Below, in pieces: positions 29,486-38,396 of a DNA stretch of 54,337 nt; the first letter of the stretch is position 1; every line of letters starts with the position of its first letter. A program made the translations under genes and the position numbers. The notes under the pieces are model-generated. The model was not told the DNA's origin and ran no database searches. It worked only from the letters and a program-made list of their open reading frames with translations. Source of the DNA: Gemmatimonadota bacterium (lineage in GTDB: Bacteria > Gemmatimonadota > Gemmatimonadetes > Palauibacterales > Palauibacteraceae); NCBI GenBank assembly GCA_046758745.1, contig JBHIAV010000015.1, forward strand, positions 1 through 54,337, read 5' to 3'.

Positions 29486-30120
29486 GATCACCTCCTGTGG
29501 ATCGGACATCGGCCGTCGCCCGGGGCGGGGGATACTCCAAGTGGCTGAGCTTCCGCGCGTCCGGAGCAGAGACGTCGTCCGCCGCCGGACAGCTATGTCG
29601 GGCGTGGCGCCGCGGACCGACGCGGACGGAACGTTAACGATGAGGGTGCTGGCAGTACACGGACAGAGACCCGGCGATGCCGCTCGCAAGTGACCCGAGG
29701 TGCGGTGTGCGACTCGGCACGCTCCAGCCGCGCGGCCAGGGCGGCTGGCCGTACCCTACCGGATGGGAATGCGGGCGGAAGCACTCGGCTCCGTCCGCAT
29801 TTCGACCCTGCATGCCTCCGAAGGGCCCTTCAGAACCTCGCCGCGAACTGTTCGGCCTGCTCCTCGGGCGAGGCGTGAATGCGATCGAGGACCGCCGCGC
29901 TCTCCTCCTCGATCAGAAGATCCAATCGTCCTCCCCTCACGTTCCACACCGCGCAGCCACCGGTGCGGGGCTGCCATCCCCGTCCGTTGCGCAGCTATTG
30001 GACGGAATGTTGCACCGCACGGTTGCCTGCGGCGCCCCCTTCAGAAGAGAATCAACGACAGAAGGCGGTGGAGCCGAGTGCTCATCGCAGATCCTGAAAA
30101 CGCCCACGAGGCAGCATCAC

Positions 30121-31608
30121 GTGCCGGAACCGTTTCCCCAGCTGTGGAGCGTCCTCGGCACGGCCATCACGCTGGTCGTCGCCGCCGGGGCGTCCGCGCA
30201 CGCCATCCTGAACAAGCGGGACAGCCGCGCGGCGGTCGGCTGGGTCGGCCTGATCTGGCTCGTCCCCCTCGTCGGGGCGCTCCTGTACATCCTGTTCGGC
30301 ATCAACCGGGTTCGAAGGCGGGCCATCGGTCGGCGCCCCTTCCACCGCGAGGCTCGACCCGGCGAGGCGACCGCTCGGAGCCGGAGACCGACCGGGAAGG
30401 TCGAGCGGGCGCACCGGGGCGGACTCTCGCCCGCCGGGGCGCCGCGGCGCGAGTCGGGTCTCCGCGAGTCGCTCCGACGGCTCCTGGATGGGATCGCCCG
30501 CCGCCCTCTCACCGACGGAAACGACGTGCGCATGCTGGTGAACGGCGACGAGGCGTACCCGGAGATGATCGCCGCCATCGACGCGGCGGAGCGCACGGTG
30601 GCGCTCGCCACCTACATCTTCGACAACGACGCGGCTGGGCGGCTCTTCCTGGACGCGCTCGCGGGAGCCGTCGGTCGGGGTGTGACGGTCCGCGTACTGC
30701 TGGACGCCGTCGGGGCCCGCTACTCCTGGCCTCCCATCGTGCGAGAGCTGGGTCGCCGCGGTGTCCCCGTGGCGCGCTTCGGGCGCACCCTCCTCCCCTG
30801 GCGCCTGCCCTACCTCAACCTGCGCAACCACCGGAAGCTACTCGTCGTGGACGGGAGGGTCGGGTTCACGGGCGGCCTGAACATCCGGGAGGGATGCATC
30901 CTGAGCTCGGACCCCCGCCACCCGGTGCAGGACCTGCAATGCCGGCTCGAGGGCCCGGTCGTGGCTCACCTGGGCGAGACCTTCGCGGAAGACTGGGCCT
31001 TCACGACGGGCGAGGATCTCGACCCGCACGTGTGGACGGCGGCGCCCGGGGCGGTCGGCACGGTCGCCGCGCGCGGGCTCGCCGACGGACCGGACGAGGA
31101 CTTCGAGGTGGCGCGGCACACGCTCCTCGGCGCGCTGGCGTGCGCCAACTCCTCCGTGAGGGTGATGACCCCCTATTTCCTCCCCGACTCCGGTCTCATC
31201 ACGGCCCTCGGAATCGCTGCCATGCGCGGGGTGGAGGTGGAGATCCTGCTCCCGGAGGCAAACAACCTGGCTCTGGTGCAGTGGGCGGCCACCGCCCAGC
31301 TGTGGCAGGTGCTCGCCACGGGGTGCGAGGTCTTCTACACCCCGCCTCCCTTCGACCATACGAAGCTGCTCGTGGTGGACGGGGAGTGGGTCCTCTTCGG
31401 CTCCTCGAACTGGGACGCTCGAAGCCTGAGGCTGAACTTCGAGTTCGACGTCGAGTGCTACGACGTCGCGCTGGCGGAGCGAGGCGGCGAGTTGATGGAC
31501 CGGAAGCGGGCCGGCGCCCGTCCCGTGACCTTGGAAGAGGTGGACGGGCGGCCGCTCCTCATCCGGCTGCGCGACGGGGTGGCGCGACTGGCGGCTCCGT
31601 ACCTGTAG
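30121..31608 (+). CDS. cls: cardiolipin synthase (PLD family)
   Basis: Two N-terminal TMs; two HKD motifs NHRKLLVVDG and DHTKLLVVDG; GSSNWDARSLRLNFE. Confidence 0.92.
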   Translation: MPEPFPQLWSVLGTAITLVVAAGASAHAILNKRDSRAAVGWVGLIWLVPLVGALLYILFGINRVRRRAIGRRPFHREARPGEATARSRRPTGKVERAHRGGLSPAGAPRRESGLRESLRRLLDGIARRPLTDGNDVRMLVNGDEAYPEMIAAIDAAERTVALATYIFDNDAAGRLFLDALAGAVGRGVTVRVLLDAVGARYSWPPIVRELGRRGVPVARFGRTLLPWRLPYLNLRNHRKLLVVDGRVGFTGGLNIREGCILSSDPRHPVQDLQCRLEGPVVAHLGETFAEDWAFTTGEDLDPHVWTAAPGAVGTVAARGLADGPDEDFEVARHTLLGALACANSSVRVMTPYFLPDSGLITALGIAAMRGVEVEILLPEANNLALVQWAATAQLWQVLATGCEVFYTPPPFDHTKLLVVDGEWVLFGSSNWDARSLRLNFEFDVECYDVALAERGGELMDRKRAGARPVTLEEVDGRPLLIRLRDGVARLAAPYL

Positions 31609-31629
31609 GCGTCGACAAGCACCCGCCGC

Positions 31630-31983
31630 CTACGCCTCGTCGTCCTCCTCTTCCGGGCCGTCGGCGTGGGTGAGGATGCCGCTCACGGCCAGCAGGGCGT
31701 CGGCGACCTGCGTCATGCCGGCCACCGGGAGTGCCATCATCACAGCGTCCAGGATGTGATCGGGCTCCGCTCCGGTGGCCAGCGCCCGAGACGCGTGGCG
31801 CCGCAGAGCTCGCTCCGAGCCCTGCAGGGTGGAGAGGGTGACGAGGATGAGCTGCTTGGTGGCAGGCGGCAGAGAGGTCCCCACGGCGCGCACCAGAGCA
31901 CGGTGCGCCCTGAGCACTTCGGGTCGGAAAGTCTCGATGAGCGCCATGCCGTCCGTGCACCGCGTCTCGCTTTCTTGGGACAT
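31630..31983 (-). CDS. carboxymuconolactone decarboxylase/AhpD-like protein
   Basis: LPPATKQLI...HASRALATGA..DHILDA pattern; GGAGG SD. Confidence 0.78.
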   Translation of the reverse strand: MSQESETRCTDGMALIETFRPEVLRAHRALVRAVGTSLPPATKQLILVTLSTLQGSERALRRHASRALATGAEPDHILDAVMMALPVAGMTQVADALLAVSGILTHADGPEEEDDEA

Positions 31984-32037
31984 CGTTCGTTGCATCCTCC
32001 GACCGGGCGCCGTCCACGGTCCACCCGGTACCTCGCC

Positions 32038-33660
32038 TCAGTACACGCGGATGCCAGGCGCGCCGAAGCGCTCGAGCTGAAGGTGCTGCGCGATGGGGAT
32101 CGCGTACGCCACCGCCAAGAGAATCACTGCCGCCACCACCCAGATCCACAACCGATCCAGAGCGAGGGCGGTGTTGCCCGGCGGCTCCAGGGGATCTGCG
32201 AACTCGATCGGCTCCGGCTCCTGCTTCTTCCCGGCCAGGGCGGTTCCCAACATTACGGCCACGAAACAGAGCGCGCTGGCGTACAGGAAGAGCCCTCCGA
32301 CGGCCGAGATTCCGGTCGCTGCGACCCATTCCTGCGCGGCCGGGCTCCCACCGTACGTGGCCTGGTAAACGCGGCGCGGCATGCCCTGCAGCCCCGTCAG
32401 ATGATTGGAGATCGAGAAGAGGAGCATTCCGCCGAACCACAGGTACGGCTGGATCCTCGCGAGAAGCGTGAGCTCCAGCTCGCGGCGTGTGAGGATCGGC
32501 ATCAGCCAGTAGGCGGCTCCCATGAAGGTGAGGGCGACCGCCGTCCCCACCGTGAGGTGGAAGTGTCCCTGGACCCACGCCGTGTTGTGGACCATGGCGT
32601 TCATCCCGTAGCCCGCGTTGATCGCGCCGCCGAAGCCCCCGACGGCGAAGAGCAACATGGAGAGCGCGACGCTGGAGAAGACCGGGTCTCCCCACGGGAG
32701 CCGCTCGAGCCAGTCGAGCCAGCCGCGGGCCCCCTTCATCCGCCCCGCGATCTCGAACGAGGCCAGCACCGTGAACGCCGTGATCAGGCTGGGGAAGAGG
32801 ATCAGCGACGTGTTCGCGGCGTGAAACAGCTTCCACCCCGCCTTGACGCCCGGGTCGAGGAACTGATGGTGAAACCCGACCGGTCCCGAGAGCACGATGA
32901 ACAGCACGAAGACGAGCCTGGCGAGAGGATCGCTGAACAGCTTTCCGCCCGCCACCCGCGGCGCCACGGTGTACCAGATGACGTAGGCGGGGATCAGCCA
33001 GAAGTAGACGAGCGGGTGCCCGAAATACCAGAAGAGCATGCGGGCGAGGACCGGGTCGATCGTCTCCGAGATCCCCAGCGACCACGGGATGAGGAGGAGG
33101 AGCGCCTCCGCCGCGACGCCCACGGTGGCGAGGAGCCACACGATGATGGTGGCCAGCATGCCGTGAAGCGGCAGCGGGGTACGGGCGCCGGGGTTCTCCC
33201 GTTTCCACGCCAGGTACGTTCGCAGCACCACCCACGACCACCCCCAGGAGCCCACGATGAGGAGGGTGGCCCCGATGTAGAACGCGGGGTGCGCCTTGAG
33301 GGGCGGGTAGAAGGTGTACAGGACCGTCGCCTTCCCCCATAAGACAGCCCAGACAGCCAGCACTGTTCCGAGCAGCGCGACTCCATAGGAGGCCCACGCG
33401 AGCCGAAGGTTGACGAGCGGCCGCTCCAGGGTACGCTCCGCGAAGACATAGCCCAGGCCCATGATGAAGAACGTCGTGAAGACAAGGGCCATCAGGACGC
33501 CGTGCGCCGTGACGGAGAGGTAGTACATCTTGGCGCTGCGCCACGGCAGCTGCAGGTCGGCGCGAGAGAGCGCCTGCATGAGAGCCATGGCCGAGGCCAC
33601 GGCGAACGCGGCGATCGCCACCCAGAAGTTGGCCAGTGCCAGCCTGCGCGCCCGGATCAT
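32038..33660 (-). CDS. cbaA: B-family (ba3-type) heme-copper oxygen reductase subunit I
   Basis: TAHGVLM, LYTFYPPL, WYFGHPLVY (His-Tyr crosslink), GFHHQF.DPG, HNTAWVQGHFH, GMPRR. Confidence 0.95.
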   Translation of the reverse strand: MIRARRLALANFWVAIAAFAVASAMALMQALSRADLQLPWRSAKMYYLSVTAHGVLMALVFTTFFIMGLGYVFAERTLERPLVNLRLAWASYGVALLGTVLAVWAVLWGKATVLYTFYPPLKAHPAFYIGATLLIVGSWGWSWVVLRTYLAWKRENPGARTPLPLHGMLATIIVWLLATVGVAAEALLLLIPWSLGISETIDPVLARMLFWYFGHPLVYFWLIPAYVIWYTVAPRVAGGKLFSDPLARLVFVLFIVLSGPVGFHHQFLDPGVKAGWKLFHAANTSLILFPSLITAFTVLASFEIAGRMKGARGWLDWLERLPWGDPVFSSVALSMLLFAVGGFGGAINAGYGMNAMVHNTAWVQGHFHLTVGTAVALTFMGAAYWLMPILTRRELELTLLARIQPYLWFGGMLLFSISNHLTGLQGMPRRVYQATYGGSPAAQEWVAATGISAVGGLFLYASALCFVAVMLGTALAGKKQEPEPIEFADPLEPPGNTALALDRLWIWVVAAVILLAVAYAIPIAQHLQLERFGAPGIRVY

Positions 33661-34205
33661 CGCGCACCTCCCGCCGCCCCGGGAGCGTCCCCCCCGTCGC
33701 TCGGCCCATCTTCCCCCGCGGCGGAGATAGCCGAACCGTCCTCCACGATCAGCTTCCCGAACATCATGTGGTGGCCGAGCCCGCAGTACTCGTTGCACAC
33801 GATCAGCCGCTCGCCCGGCGAGTCGAAGGTCGTGGTGAACTGGCTCACGTAGCCGGGCACGACCATCGCGTTGCCGTTCGTCTGTACGATCTGGAAGCCG
33901 TGGATGACGTCGGGGCTGGTAAGGCGAAACGTGACCGGGCGGCCGCGCGGCACGCGGATCTCGTTGGGGAGGAAGGCGAACATCTGCGCCAGGACGACCA
34001 CGGTCACGCTCCCGTCTGCGTTCACCGTCACCCCCGGATCCGCGAAGCGGAGGTCGGTTCGCGCCGCGGTCGGATCGATCGTCTCCACGTGACTCGGCGG
34101 CTGGACCGCCATGCCCAGGGTTGTGACGCCGACCGACACTATGAAGACGGCGATGATGCCGACCGCGCCCCACATCCAGAACTTCTCGTACACGTCGACT
34201 CTCAT
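33657..34205 (-). CDS. cbaB: ba3-type oxidase subunit II (CuA)
   Basis: Single TM; DVIHGF...CNEYCGLGHHMM CuA motif. Confidence 0.95.
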   Translation of the reverse strand: MRVDVYEKFWMWGAVGIIAVFIVSVGVTTLGMAVQPPSHVETIDPTAARTDLRFADPGVTVNADGSVTVVVLAQMFAFLPNEIRVPRGRPVTFRLTSPDVIHGFQIVQTNGNAMVVPGYVSQFTTTFDSPGERLIVCNEYCGLGHHMMFGKLIVEDGSAISAAGEDGPSDGGDAPGAAGGAR

Positions 34206-34212
34206 CGCCGCC

Positions 34213-34395
34213 TTACTCCGTCAGAGCGCCGCGCGGAAGGAACACGAAGAAGTAGATGACCAGCCATCCGAGGAGAAAAAGCAGTCCGTAGATGGCGACG
34301 ATCGCCAGCGTTCCCCTCGGATGCCGCTCACTCGGCTCGGGCTCGGCGGCTGCTGCCTCACCGGTCCCGTTCGGCCCCTGCGTCTCACCGGGCAT
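34213..34395 (-). CDS. cbaD: ba3-type oxidase subunit IIa
   Basis: PRGTLAIVAIY...W..IYF..F.PRG single helix, resembling Thermus subunit IIa; immediately upstream of subunit II. Confidence 0.8.
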   Translation of the reverse strand: MPGETQGPNGTGEAAAAEPEPSERHPRGTLAIVAIYGLLFLLGWLVIYFFVFLPRGALTE

Positions 34396-34449
34396 GTCGC
34401 GCCTCCCTTCGGTGTCTGAGCCCCGTCGCGCTCGCAGCACGGCCATTCG

Positions 34450-34496
34450 CGTCGCGCTCAGCGGCACCGCTGCCCCCGTCGCGCTCAGCGGCACCG
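34450..34496. repeat. 20-bp direct repeat (27-bp period) between nosY and cbaD
   Basis: CGTCGCGCTCAGCGGCACCG at 34450 and 34477. Confidence 0.9.
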
Positions 34497-34536
34497 TCTC
34501 CTCCGTCACGCTCCCACCCCGTATCGATCGCCCTCG

Positions 34537-35358
34537 CTACGCCTCCCGCAGTCGGAAGCTACGCGCTCCCGCCGCGAGGGCCAGAACGGACCAGGCCAGA
34601 AGCGACCCCGCCCCCAGCCCGGTCACCCCCCACCGGCCGAAGCGCTCGAGGAGGGCGGCTCCCACGGGCCCGAGAAGCTGGCCCGCGTCGGGATCGAGGA
34701 GGGGTAGCACGGCCATCCGGCAAGCCTCGATCGGGTTCACGAGAGACCAGGCCTGGAGGGTCCACGCGGGAAGCCCCCAGCGCACGAATGCCCCCATGAC
34801 CCCGAGGCTTCCAAGGGCGAGAAAGCCGAGCCAGGCGGTGAGTCCGAGGCTGAGGGCGCGGCTACGGGTCGTACTGCTTGCGGACAGCCACACCCCCAGG
34901 GAAGCGAAAGCCGCCGCCAGGAGGATGGTGAAGGCGAACAATCCCAGCACCAGCTCGCTCCGCACGCCGCGCATGACGGCCACCCCTCCCGTGGCCCCGA
35001 AGCCGACGGTGAGCGAGAGGACGACGGCGGCGACGATCCCGAGCCATTTGCCGAGGTACACCTCGCGTCGGGTCACGGGTTGCGCGAGCAGGTAGTCGAG
35101 GGTGCCGATCTCCCGCTCGCCCGCTACGGCAGCGGCCCCCGGAAAGAGAGCCATGAGGGGGACGACGAACAGCGCCAGGTGCATGAGCCCTGCCAGCGCG
35201 CGGGCGAACCCCCGATACCCGAGCACGGATCCGCCGGCCCCTCCAAGGAGCATGAGCAGCGCGCCCCCGAGCACGAAGACGCCCGAATACACCAAGAACC
35301 AGTAGCTGCGCAGCGAGTCGCGAAGCTCCCGCCGGAGCAGCGGCCAGGCGGCGCTCAC
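34537..35358 (-). CDS. nosY: ABC transporter permease for NosZ maturation
   Basis: RRELRDSLRS, GERE.GTLDYLLAQPVTR.EVYLGK, NPIEACR; overlaps nosF. Confidence 0.9.
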   Translation of the reverse strand: MSAAWPLLRRELRDSLRSYWFLVYSGVFVLGGALLMLLGGAGGSVLGYRGFARALAGLMHLALFVVPLMALFPGAAAVAGEREIGTLDYLLAQPVTRREVYLGKWLGIVAAVVLSLTVGFGATGGVAVMRGVRSELVLGLFAFTILLAAAFASLGVWLSASSTTRSRALSLGLTAWLGFLALGSLGVMGAFVRWGLPAWTLQAWSLVNPIEACRMAVLPLLDPDAGQLLGPVGAALLERFGRWGVTGLGAGSLLAWSVLALAAGARSFRLREA

Positions 35359-36179
35359 CGGGCGCCTCCGGCGCCGTGAGCGAGTGCCACTCGCGGGGGC
35401 GCCGCCAGCCGCGGCCCGAGTCGACCGCGCAGGACCCCCTCCAGGATGTCGCCGAGCAGGAGCGGAGCCTGTCCCGGCGGACCGGGGGGCGCGCCTCCGG
35501 CGCTCCGAAGGGCTCCGGCGCGCCGGATCATCTCGTCCACCCTGCCATCGAAGGCGAGCCGGCCCTCCTCGAGCAGGAGGACGCGATCGGCCAGGGCCTG
35601 CACGTCCTCCACGCGATGCGAGGCGAAGAGGAGCGTGCTCTCGGCGGGCGCCTCCCGAAGGGCCGCCAGGAAGTCGGCCCGCGCGCTCGCATCGAGGCTT
35701 GCTGTCGGCTCGTCGAGCAGGAGGACGGGGACGCCCGCGCCGAGTGACATCGCGAGGAGCGCCTTCTGCAGCATCCCTCCCGAAAGCTCGCGCAGGAGCT
35801 TGCGTCCGGTACGGTCGAGCGGCATCCCGAGCCGCTCGAGAAAGTCCGCCGGTCCCTCCGCCGGCACTCCGCGCAGCCGCGAGAAGAGGTCCACGAACTC
35901 GGTCAGCGTGAGATCGAAGCGCGGGGGCTGCTGGGGCACGTAGCCGATCCTCCCCCGCACCCCTTTCCCCTCGGCGCCGCCGGCCCCGGCCGAGAGCCTG
36001 TCGACGGTGAGCTCGCCCTCGAAGCTCACGAGACCGAGCAGGCAGCGGAGCAGCGTGGTTTTCCCCGCCCCGTTGAGGCCGAGGAGTGCGACCCGCTCCC
36101 CACGCTCTACATGGAAGTCGAGCGCGTCGAGGACGAGCTGGTCGCCGTACCGCTTCGTGACAGCCCGGCCCGTGATCAT
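35355..36179 (-). CDS. nosF: ABC ATPase for NosZ maturation
   Basis: Walker A GLNGAGKT, signature LSGGM, Walker B LLLDEPT; between nosD and nosY. Confidence 0.9.
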   Translation of the reverse strand: MITGRAVTKRYGDQLVLDALDFHVERGERVALLGLNGAGKTTLLRCLLGLVSFEGELTVDRLSAGAGGAEGKGVRGRIGYVPQQPPRFDLTLTEFVDLFSRLRGVPAEGPADFLERLGMPLDRTGRKLLRELSGGMLQKALLAMSLGAGVPVLLLDEPTASLDASARADFLAALREAPAESTLLFASHRVEDVQALADRVLLLEEGRLAFDGRVDEMIRRAGALRSAGGAPPGPPGQAPLLLGDILEGVLRGRLGPRLAAPPRVALAHGAGGAR

Positions 36180-37642
36180 CCCGACGCCCCGCGTGAACCG
36201 GCCCGCGGCGCGCGAGCACGCCGCGCGGCTCCCCACACGCCTCCGGCCGCGAGGAGTCCAAGCCCGGCCCACAGCGCCGCGGCGGTGGCGGGCCGCACCG
36301 GAGCATCGCCGGGCGGAGCGGAGATGGGCGGGGCGGCCTCCCAGCGCTGCCGCTGTCCGAATCCGAGCCGAGGAGCGGAGTCCACGACTATCGGCTGCGG
36401 CCGCAGCAGAGGGAAGAAGCGGCTCAGCACCTCGAGCGCCTCCACCGCCGGGCTGAGCCAGAAGATCTGGAGATCCGGGTGACGGCTCAGCAGCTCGTCC
36501 GCCAGCCGCGCGTACACGAACGGTGTGTCGCCCGTGCCGTCTCCGTCCTCGTCGAAGCCCGCGTACTCGCTCCACGCGTTGCCGCGCCAGTCGTTCCGGA
36601 ACCCCCTGCCGCCACCTCCCCCCCGGATCTCCACGGGGCGGTGGTTGTCGAGGAAGTCGTTCTCAGAGAAGACGTTGCTGTGGACGGAGGGGAGAAGCCG
36701 TGCCCCGACCGAGTTTGCGAAGATCAGGTTCCCCGTGAACCGGTTCGTCACTCCGCGGCTGTGAGGGGAGTTGTCCAGGTAGATCCCGGCACCGTTGCGG
36801 ACGAACACGTTCCCCGCAGCGAGGATCTCGTCCGCGTCCTTCAGCCCGAGACCCATGCCGCCGTAGCGGGCCGTCTCGGCAAACACGTTGTCGCGCAGCT
36901 CGATGTCGGTCGAATACATGATGAACGCGCCCACACGGTTGCCGAGGAATCGATTGCGCTCGAAGCGGTTGTGATCGCTGTACATGTAGTGCAGACCGTA
37001 CCGCCCATCGACGATCAGGTTGTCCCGCACGACGAGGCTGTCGGAGAAGTAGACCACCACGTCCCGCGTGCCGACGACGTCGTTGCTTTCGATGACGCTT
37101 CCGGAGCTGTACCACAGGCGGATCCCGTCCCCGCGCCGCGCGGGCGCGAACGGCTTTCCGACGATGCGGTTCCCCCGGACCAGGGAACCCGGGCCGTTCT
37201 TCACGTACACGCCGTAGAAGACGTCCTCGAACCGGTTTCCTTCCACCCGAACCCGAGCATCCCGCGCCATGAGGCCCGCGTCCTCGGTGTCGACGGTGCT
37301 CCCCGACCCGCGGATGACGAACCCCCGTAGCTCGATCGGCGCGAAGGCCTCCAGCACGTGCCCTCGCCCGCCGCCGTCGATCACCGGCCAGCCGCGACCG
37401 ATGAGGACCAGAGAGGTGCGGAGCTGCAGCCGCTCCGGATAGAGGCCCGATGCGACGACCACGGTGTCGCCGGGGCCCGCGTCGGCCACCGCGTCTCGGA
37501 TCGTCGTGTACTCCCCTTCCGGGCCTACCGTGAGCTGGCGGGCATCGGCTGGAGGGGCCGGCGCGGCGAGGACGAAGACGACCGCCGCCGGGAAGGCCCA
37601 CCGCGCGTAGCGGCTTCCGACGTCCCGACGGTTCCGGCGCAT
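36176..37642 (-). CDS. nosD: periplasmic NosZ maturation protein (beta-helix)
   Basis: RRGDGIRLWYS, RYGLHYMYS, GAFIMYS, GNAWSEYAGFD.DGDG.GD.P. Confidence 0.95.
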   Translation of the reverse strand: MRRNRRDVGSRYARWAFPAAVVFVLAAPAPPADARQLTVGPEGEYTTIRDAVADAGPGDTVVVASGLYPERLQLRTSLVLIGRGWPVIDGGGRGHVLEAFAPIELRGFVIRGSGSTVDTEDAGLMARDARVRVEGNRFEDVFYGVYVKNGPGSLVRGNRIVGKPFAPARRGDGIRLWYSSGSVIESNDVVGTRDVVVYFSDSLVVRDNLIVDGRYGLHYMYSDHNRFERNRFLGNRVGAFIMYSTDIELRDNVFAETARYGGMGLGLKDADEILAAGNVFVRNGAGIYLDNSPHSRGVTNRFTGNLIFANSVGARLLPSVHSNVFSENDFLDNHRPVEIRGGGGGRGFRNDWRGNAWSEYAGFDEDGDGTGDTPFVYARLADELLSRHPDLQIFWLSPAVEALEVLSRFFPLLRPQPIVVDSAPRLGFGQRQRWEAAPPISAPPGDAPVRPATAAALWAGLGLLAAGGVWGAARRARAPRAGSRGASG

Positions 37643-38244
37643 CACGAGGCCCCTCGGCCGCCGAGGCGCCACTCGATGGCGAGGATCAGCGGTCCCATGA
37701 TGCCGGCGAGACCCATCAAGATCGCACCGATGCTCGGCATGCTGGAGACGGTGAACTGCCCGACCTGCGTCGTCCCGATGAACCTCGGCGCGAAGGGGTC
37801 GATGTGGATGGGCGCGTCGGGAGAGAGGTTCATCCCGTACTGAGTGAGCCACCCCTGGAAGTCGAACAGCATCACGGCGCCGAACAGCACGAAGTCGAGG
37901 TAGCCGATCGCGGCGACCGGGATGCGCGCCACGAGGGCGGCGAGCACCGCGAAGCCGAGGAAGCGCAGGATGAAGAAGGGGATGAACTTGAACTCGGGAA
38001 ACTCGTCGGGCCGGATCTCCTTCATCCCGATGTAGTGGTTCAGGATGTTCACCTCGCGGAGGTCGCCCCGCACGGTGTTCGGGTAGATCACGGCCTGCAG
38101 CCCGTCCGGATACTGCGGCGCATGCAGCGTGATCTTCCACACCGGCAGGAAGATGCTCGGCAGCAGGGCGAGGGCGGCGACCACGACGAGGATGCGGCTC
38201 AGCCTGGATATGTCGCCCTGCATGAATGCCGTCAGCCTGTCCAT
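37642..38244 (-). CDS. nosB: clade II nos-cluster membrane protein (NosB-like)
   Basis: PVWKITLHAPQYPDGL and NILNHYIGM motifs; about 4 TM; directly after nosZ. Confidence 0.78.
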   Translation of the reverse strand: MDRLTAFMQGDISRLSRILVVVAALALLPSIFLPVWKITLHAPQYPDGLQAVIYPNTVRGDLREVNILNHYIGMKEIRPDEFPEFKFIPFFILRFLGFAVLAALVARIPVAAIGYLDFVLFGAVMLFDFQGWLTQYGMNLSPDAPIHIDPFAPRFIGTTQVGQFTVSSMPSIGAILMGLAGIMGPLILAIEWRLGGRGAS

Positions 38245-38396
38245 TCCATCTATGCCTTGCGTCCTCGTCGCAGCGGAGCAGCCCGGAGACGGGCCGGCCC
38301 GCGGGACTCAACCTCTGTACGCCGGCCCGCCGCGGCCGGCCGTCAGACGGGCCGGGCGGCACGCCACCATGCGGCCGCCCGGCTTCCGCGCCGCGG

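Noticed and set aside
32038-33660. Heme-copper enzyme beside nosZ as a B-family-derived nitric oxide reductase (eNOR/bNOR/sNOR type)
   Set aside because: The active-site helix reads GHPLVY and keeps the cross-linking Tyr of O2 reductases, which NOR families replace; subunit IIa is also present.
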